Assembly: GCA_018819405.1 (NCBI GenBank)
Contig: JAHJQF010000001.1
Coordinates: 449,377-513,376 of the forward strand
Source: Patescibacteria group bacterium
GTDB taxonomy: Bacteria > Patescibacteriota > Patescibacteriia > UBA1558 > GWA2-36-10
Reading direction: 5' to 3'
DNA length: 64,000 nt
The notes under the pieces are model-generated. The model was not told the origin of the DNA, did not search any database, and worked only from the letters and a program-made list of their open reading frames with translations. Of this stretch, positions 58,917 through 64,000 are shown one piece after another. The translations under genes were made by a program, and so were the position numbers. Each line of letters opens with the position of its first letter. Within the stretch, counting starts at the first letter, position 1.

Positions 58917-60440
58917 ATGTTGATCGTAGCGATTGAACCCCGAGCTCCTGGACTGCACATTTTCACTCAGGCCTATACCCCTAGGATTGGCCTGCCTAGA
59001 CTGCTCACTCAAGCCCAGAATTTGGGGCATAGTTGCTTCATTTTCTGTGAAGAGCTGCGTAGTTCTCAAATCGATTGGGGATATGTGGCTTGTGCTGATG
59101 TGGTCATGATCTCTTCCACCACCTCTACTGCGCCGCGGTCTTATCAGTTGGCCAGACAAATCAGAAAAATGAACCCACGGGTACCGATTTTGGGTGGTGG
59201 TCCACACTTTACCTTTGAGTGTCAGGAGGCGCTCGACAATGGCATAGACTATGTCTTTCGTCACTGGGCTGACCGAAGCTTTTTCCAGTGGCTAGGCTGG
59301 TTTCAGTCGCTTACAGAACCCGGCAGGCTGTCGGCTGATGATTTGATCAGTCTTTCTCAGATCGGAGGCTTGGCTTTCAAGATCGGCAGTCAGATGCACA
59401 AGACGGGGATGCCGGAGCAGGTTCATCCTGATACTTGGCCGACGCCTGACCTTGGACTGATTCGTGGTTACAAACCCCGGTTTATCACTTTGATCACATC
59501 GGAGGGCTGTGACCACAACTGCGAGTTTTGCTCAGAATGGGCAATGCATGGAGCCAGATACCGCTCCCGTTCGCCGGAAAAGGTGATGAGGGACATTGCT
59601 TACTATCGTCGGGTATATGGTAATGTACCCATCTTCTTTGGCGATGACAACATCGCTGCTGACTTGAAAAACGACGACGGGCTAGTGATAGCCTTTGGTC
59701 ATGATCGTCTGCGTAATCTCTGTCAGATGATTATTGACTGGGGGCTGGAAGGGGTCTATTCTGGTCAGGTTCGTCTGGCCTTGGCTGATCATCCCGAGGT
59801 GCTTGAAGTCATGACCATGGCCGGTTTTGACCGGGTCTACATTGGCTACGAGTCTATCAATCCGGACAATGCCAAAGCCACTGGTGGCAAGCTGGATTTC
59901 TCCCGTATGGAAGAACAGACAGCCAATTTCCATAAGTGTGGAATCTCTGTCCATGCTATGTGGGTGCTTGGTTTTGATCATGATACGCTTGACACAGTCA
60001 AACGTACTGTCCAGGCGGCTATCAGATGGAGGATAGACACCAATCAATTTTTGGTGTTGATGCCTTTGCCAGGTTCGCCACTTAGGACACGCCTCAAGAG
60101 AGAAGGTAGAATAATCCACAATGACTGGGAGAAGTATGACGGACATCACACTGTATTTTTCCCTAAGCTGATGAAACCTTGGGAGCTGCATGCGGCAGTG
60201 ATGCTGGAAGCTATGCCCAAGGGTTACAACCTCTGGCAGACTGCTGACATCTATTTGGTCAGCAACTGGCGGACTTTCAGGAGATGGCTTGCCCACAAGG
60301 CACCTCATCCCAAAGTGGAGTTCAAGAGTCACATCGTGACTCTTGTCCTTAGGGTGGTGGGTCTCAATGTGGTGATGCGAGCCAAGAAGGAAGCAAGGGA
60401 TTATCTCAAGCAACTCCAAGAGTTGCGGATTGTGAGGTAG
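58917..60440 (+). CDS. B12-binding domain radical SAM protein (GC-rich, likely horizontally acquired)
   Basis: N-terminal B12-binding Rossmann-like region, radical SAM CDHNCEFC; GC content clearly higher than flanks; start chosen at ATG 58917 with GAGG RBS. Confidence 0.7.
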   Translation: MLIVAIEPRAPGLHIFTQAYTPRIGLPRLLTQAQNLGHSCFIFCEELRSSQIDWGYVACADVVMISSTTSTAPRSYQLARQIRKMNPRVPILGGGPHFTFECQEALDNGIDYVFRHWADRSFFQWLGWFQSLTEPGRLSADDLISLSQIGGLAFKIGSQMHKTGMPEQVHPDTWPTPDLGLIRGYKPRFITLITSEGCDHNCEFCSEWAMHGARYRSRSPEKVMRDIAYYRRVYGNVPIFFGDDNIAADLKNDDGLVIAFGHDRLRNLCQMIIDWGLEGVYSGQVRLALADHPEVLEVMTMAGFDRVYIGYESINPDNAKATGGKLDFSRMEEQTANFHKCGISVHAMWVLGFDHDTLDTVKRTVQAAIRWRIDTNQFLVLMPLPGSPLRTRLKREGRIIHNDWEKYDGHHTVFFPKLMKPWELHAAVMLEAMPKGYNLWQTADIYLVSNWRTFRRWLAHKAPHPKVEFKSHIVTLVLRVVGLNVVMRAKKEARDYLKQLQELRIVR

Positions 60441-60445
60441 TTTGT

Positions 60446-60492
60446 TGGCCCGCGCTAAGTCGCCTAAAGCGACTTAGCGCGGGCTATTTTAT
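60446..60492 (+). terminator. long GC-rich hairpin terminator
   Basis: gcccgcgctaagtcgc-ctaaa-gcgacttagcgcgggc then T-rich. Confidence 0.7.
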
Positions 60493-60519
60493 TTACCAGA
60501 GTTTTGTTATAATATATTT

Positions 60520-60912
60520 ATGATTTCAAGCAAACAAAAAAAGCAACTATTATTTTTGCTTTTAGCGGCTTTATGGGGAGCTTTGATTTATTATCTTTCA
60601 TCTACACCTGATTTATCTAGTGGTTTACCTCATAGCTATGATTTTGTGTTTAGAAAAATAGCCCATATTTTTGTATTTTTTATTTTGACATATTTAGTAG
60701 CTTCCAGTTTGGACAGCAAAGAGAGGATTTATCTTTTATTTGTTATAATAGCAGGTGTATCTTATGCTCTGATAGACGAACTTCATCAGTCCTTTGTAAG
60801 TGGTAGAGTGGGCAGCCCCAAGGACGTTGTCATAGACTCTTTGGGGGTTTATCTGGGTATTTGGTTTTATAAGGTACATCCGCCTGAAAAAATTTTAAAA
60901 TTTATCAAATAA
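60520..60912 (+). CDS. VanZ-like family membrane protein
   Basis: Four TM, conserved DELHQ(S)F motif YALIDELHQSFVSGR. Confidence 0.6.
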   Translation: MISSKQKKQLLFLLLAALWGALIYYLSSTPDLSSGLPHSYDFVFRKIAHIFVFFILTYLVASSLDSKERIYLLFVIIAGVSYALIDELHQSFVSGRVGSPKDVVIDSLGVYLGIWFYKVHPPEKILKFIK

Positions 60913-60945
60913 AAAAAACCCCGGAATTTCACCGGGATTTTTATT
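60911..60945. terminator. bidirectional terminator
   Basis: ccccgg-aatttca-ccggg flanked by A8 / T-run. Confidence 0.65.
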
Positions 60946-61289
60946 TATTTTAGAGACTCTACAATATTCTTAAATATTTTTGGTTCTTTCTCAGCAATTT
61001 CAGACAATATCTTTCTATCTAGTTCACAGTTGTTCTTTTTTAGAGCATCAATAAATTTGGAATATGTCCAATCAAGTTCGCGTAAAGCAGCATTCAATTT
61101 GGTTTGCCACAAGCGACGATTCACTCTTTTTTTCTTACGTCGGTCTCTCAAACTATTTTTGCCAGCATGAAGTATTGCTTCTTGGGCTTGTTTGATTTTG
61201 GATTTGCGACCCCAATTATAACCTTTGGTTTTCTTAAGGATATTCTTTCTGCGTTTGCTGTGGATTGTACCTCGTTTTACTCTTGGCAT
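60945..61289 (-). CDS. rplT: 50S ribosomal protein L20
   Basis: MPRVKRGTIHSKRRKNILKKTKGY... Confidence 0.85.
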   Translation of the reverse strand: MPRVKRGTIHSKRRKNILKKTKGYNWGRKSKIKQAQEAILHAGKNSLRDRRKKKRVNRRLWQTKLNAALRELDWTYSKFIDALKKNNCELDRKILSEIAEKEPKIFKNIVESLK

Positions 61290-61323
61290 ATGTTAGTTTA
61301 AAGTTTAAAGTTATCTGACTGAT

Positions 61324-61518
61324 TTATAGATAAGGTAAAAGCTTTTTAACAGTTTTGGTGTTAACTGAAGATAATTCTTTGTCGCGTCTTTTATTTTTGG
61401 TAACTTTCGAAGATTCGCGAGCATTAAAATGATCTTGACCACCGGTTCTGATAAACACTTTTTTCTTGCCAGTTAGTTTTACTCTTTTTTTGAGAATTTT
61501 CTTGGTTTTGAGTTTCAT
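61324..61518 (-). CDS. rpmI: 50S ribosomal protein L35
   Basis: MKLKTKKILKKRVKLTGKKKVFIRTGGQDH; start moved to internal Met of track ORF. Confidence 0.75.
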   Translation of the reverse strand: MKLKTKKILKKRVKLTGKKKVFIRTGGQDHFNARESSKVTKNKRRDKELSSVNTKTVKKLLPYL

Positions 61519-61549
61519 AATACTTTTTGTCTCGAGCAAAGTCGAGAGA

Positions 61550-62080
61550 TTATTTTTTACTGATCAAGGCAGATATTATAGATCCTTGTTGTTGGATATT
61601 TTTATCCATCTTGTATTCTACTTCTATTTTCTCTAAAAAGTCTTTTATTACTTGCAGAGCTTTAGCACGGAAGGCTCTTTCGCGTCCTCTTAATCTTAGT
61701 TCAATCTGGACATTGTGCCCTTTGCTCAAAAATTTATTGACCTGTTTTTGTTTGACTTCCAAATCATGCTGACCTATGCTCAGCGACAATCTAATACCTT
61801 TGGTATCAACTTTTTTGGCTTTTTGTGAACTACGACTTTGCTGATATTGGAATTTTCCGTAATCTATGATTTTACAAACCGGAGGATTGGCTAATGGAGA
61901 TACTTCTACTAGGTCAAATCCCCGATTGGTAGCCAAATCAAGCGCATCTAAAGTATCCATGATGCCTAGCTGCTCACCATTTTCGTCAATGACCATTACT
62001 TGCGGTACTCTGATTCTGTCATTGCGTCGAAATTTTTTGGTGGTGTCTTTAAAGCCTTGTGGTCTTCGTGCTCTTATAAT
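61550..62080 (-). CDS. infC: translation initiation factor IF-3 with non-AUG (AUU/AUA) start
   Basis: Track ORF begins MVIDENGEQLG, but the IF3 N-domain (KDTTKKFRRNDRIRVPQVMVIDENGEQLG) continues upstream in frame with no ATG; frame opens after TAA with ATT at 62080 / ATA at 62077. Confidence 0.7.
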   Translation of the reverse strand: MIRARRPQGFKDTTKKFRRNDRIRVPQVMVIDENGEQLGIMDTLDALDLATNRGFDLVEVSPLANPPVCKIIDYGKFQYQQSRSSQKAKKVDTKGIRLSLSIGQHDLEVKQKQVNKFLSKGHNVQIELRLRGRERAFRAKALQVIKDFLEKIEVEYKMDKNIQQQGSIISALISKK

Positions 62081-62136
62081 TTTATTTTAATAATTATCTA
62101 TTGGTTTTGATCAAATCCTTTAGGGATTTTTTCAAC

Positions 62137-62515
62137 TGGTGGAGATGAGGGGTATTACGCCCCTGTCTGACAAATTTCCAAACATACTTCTACAAGCTTA
62201 GCCAGTTTTGTTGTCTCGACACTTGGCTCTAAAATTGGCAAAAAACCAAATGTCCAGTTGGGAATGTTTTTGGGTAGGCCACTCCAACGATAGCTTTCCC
62301 TAGCCTAGTAAAATGACACCTCAAATTGATTCTAGGCAGTCAAAGTGAGATGGTTGTTGCAAATTTATGCTACAACTGTGGAAAGCTGAGGCATTGTAAA
62401 CAATGCTTTGACTCTCGCAAAAGTGTTTTTTGCACTTATTTTGATGATGTTTTAGGAGATCATAGCTCCACTTGCCGTATATTTTTTCATTTGACATCAA
62501 ATATATAACATCCCC
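62137..62515 (-). ncRNA. ssrA: tmRNA (SsrA) candidate, directly downstream of smpB
   Basis: 5' GGGGAUG pairs with 3' CAUCUCC-A-CCA giving G3:U70 wobble (Ala identity), T-arm-like AGGGG-CGUAAUA-CCCCU, length ~379 nt, starts 6 nt after smpB stop; 3' end closely resembles CAGGGGUUCGAUUCCCCUCAUCUCCACCA-type ends except for the loop. Confidence 0.55.
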
Positions 62516-62520
62516 TCAAA

Positions 62521-62973
62521 TTAAAAATTTTTTAATTTTCTAAGGATATTCCTTTTGATATCACGTTTTTTGATATCTTCTCGCTTGTCAAATTTCTTTT
62601 TTCCTTTAACCAAGGCGATTTTTACCTTAATTAACCTTCGCGTAGTATACACTGAAACAGGTATAATTGTCAAGCCCTTTTCGTTGGTTTTGTTGGATAA
62701 ATATCCAATTTCTTTCTTATTTAGTAGGAGTTGGCGATCACGATCAGGGTTATAATTTTTGAGGCTACTGGCCAAAGCTTTGGAATAGGCTGGTATATGA
62801 GCCTTTTTTAGGTAAGCTTGACCATTTTTGATGGAAACAAAAGAACCTTTTAGACTTAAGTGGCCGCTTTTTACAGATTTTACCTCTTGGCCGGTCAATA
62901 CTAAACCAGCTTCAAATTCTTCTACAATTTTGAAACTAAAATAAGCTTCTTTATTTTTGGCCAAAACTGACAT
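62521..62973 (-). CDS. smpB: SsrA-binding protein SmpB
   Basis: GLVLTGQEVKSVKSG, C-terminal basic tail. Confidence 0.85.
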   Translation of the reverse strand: MSVLAKNKEAYFSFKIVEEFEAGLVLTGQEVKSVKSGHLSLKGSFVSIKNGQAYLKKAHIPAYSKALASSLKNYNPDRDRQLLLNKKEIGYLSNKTNEKGLTIIPVSVYTTRRLIKVKIALVKGKKKFDKREDIKKRDIKRNILRKLKNF

Positions 62974-63285
62974 TGATCTTTTTTAGTGATATGAAATTTG
63001 CGAGTAAACAAGCGCTCTACTCTATATATAGAGTAGCATGGAATTTGATCTTTTCAAAGAGCCCGTGAAGTGTAATATGGCGACAATATCCAAGAAAAAC
63101 AAATATTTAGCCTTTCCCCTGACAGGACTTTGACATTGACAGAGAAAATTTTTTTTGTTAATTTATTATATCTTTTAGTTGGCTGTTTGCAGGCTATTTG
63201 TCAGTTTTGATTATTTCTTAGCGCCCCTCCTTGCTGAGAATAGTCATTTCTACTGACAGGTAGCCTCTAGGCAGTCATTTTTTGT

Positions 63286-63325
63286 CAAAAAAAATTAGGG
63301 GCCACGCGCTGAGCGGTGGCCCCGT
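63286..63325 (-). terminator. strong hairpin + U8 terminator (minus strand)
   Basis: Minus-strand ggggccac-cgctcagcgc-gtggcccc then taatttttttt. Confidence 0.6.
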
Positions 63326-63710
63326 CTACGATGAATGGTGGCTGCTACCACGACTAGTGAGGCACTGATTTGCGCCATGCACTATACTGGATTGAGGCAA
63401 TCCAGGCGTCTGAGCTTCGGCACGTTGGGGTCAATTCCCCCGTTTTTTAGAATGGACTTATTGCCTCTCTGAGAGCAGGCGGCCTTTCTAATTTGTTTGG
63501 AGAGGCGCTTCTCTCCGCCTTAGCTACAGCTCTGGGTGTGACCCTTTGGTCCGCAGACATTGGTTCTAGAGCTTCCCGTGCTGTTTGAGATTGTGGCATC
63601 CCAAGCAGTTTTTTGGCACGGACAGCCGTGTCGGCCGTGTCTAGATGTACCAAATTTCTGGTAACGTGATTGTCAACCAGGTCTATGGCGGGCTTTCGTC
63701 AACCACCATG
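63326..63710 (-). other. GC-rich structured non-coding block of unknown identity (candidate ncRNA)
   Basis: ~390 nt at roughly 55% GC in a ~33% GC genome, all frames interrupted by stops, many local hairpins (GGAGAG-GCGCUU-CUCUCC, GAGGCAAU...AUUGCCUC), ends at terminator 63286-63325. Confidence 0.3.
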
Positions 63711-63771
63711 TTTATTATATAACGAGTACTTTTGGGGTGTCAATGACTCAAAAATTTGCTATAATTATCTT

Positions 63772-63912
63772 ATGGACGAAGGGCAAAAAAAGATATTGGT
63801 TTCTATAGCTGTATTTTTGGGAGTAATCATTACTTTTGCGGCATTATTATATATTGGGATGTTGCTCTTTACTAGAGATTTTGATTATTTTAATATCTTA
63901 AAAGCTTATTAA
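63772..63912 (+). CDS. small membrane protein (46 aa, internal Met of track ORF 63670..63912)
   Basis: MDEGQKKILVSIAVFLGVIITFAALLYIGMLLF single TM. Confidence 0.3.
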   Translation: MDEGQKKILVSIAVFLGVIITFAALLYIGMLLFTRDFDYFNILKAY

Positions 63913-64000
63913 ATATTAATTTTAAAAATATGTTTGGATTTATATTAGTAATTTTAGGTGTTTTATTTCTTTTTCAGGAAATGGGCATTATTAGTGGTGA

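Noticed and set aside
62326-62508. ORF 62326..62508 (+) within the tmRNA candidate
   Set aside because: Opposite strand of a structured RNA gene candidate; 60 aa, no support
63447-63653. ORF 63447..63653 (-) inside the GC-rich block
   Set aside because: Arg/Ala-rich translation typical of GC-rich non-coding sequence; other frames riddled with stops; treated as non-coding
63326-63710. RNase P RNA or SRP RNA identity for the GC-rich block
   Set aside because: Could not find the universally conserved P4 strands or the SRP domain IV GGAA motif context by eye; left as unknown

Overview
This is a low-GC (roughly 30-35% by eye), gene-dense window from a small-genome bacterium. Short intergenic regions, many small membrane proteins, Cys-rich secreted proteins and a large type IV pilus locus suggest a CPR/Patescibacteria-like organism. 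Main contents, left to right: (i) a type IV secretion-like module: PrgI/VirB3-like protein, a VirB4 ATPase split into two translationally coupled ORFs, then four membrane/secreted proteins including a VirB2/TrbC-like pilin fused to a Cys-rich domain. (ii) A REP-associated tyrosine transposase (RAYT) embedded in its own REP palindromes. (iii) recG. A tRNA-Arg / two tRNA-Ser neighbourhood with a truncated tRNA-Ser copy, a duplicated ~50-nt element and an AT-rich islet. (iv) comF, clpC, htpX, a giant FG-GAP+lipase surface protein, lemA, and three large secreted/surface proteins (two paralogous). (v) A near-complete type IV pilus locus: pilM, N/O-like, pilB, CheY-like receiver, a catalytically degenerate PilT-like pseudo-ATPase, pilC, two major pilins plus a promoterless pilin 3' cassette copy, pilD and four minor pilins. 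(vi) ligA, gatCA, a DsbA-like protein, lgt, a MATE transporter, tRNA-Asp, and an EamA transporter fused to a riboflavin-kinase domain. An operon of a wHTH + PEP-utilising swivel-domain protein, a PPDK-N ATP-binding protein and a histidine-phosphatase-like protein. A markedly GC-rich B12-binding radical SAM gene bracketed by GC-rich hairpins. VanZ. (vii) rplT-rpmI-infC (infC with a non-AUG AUU/AUA start), a tmRNA candidate immediately downstream of smpB, and a GC-rich structured non-coding block of unknown identity. A conserved ~55-nt 5' leader element (AT hairpin with compensatory changes + TTTATTTAACNGGGTAAA) recurs four times, each time directly upstream of a membrane/envelope protein gene. 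No CRISPR array, rRNA or integrase was seen.
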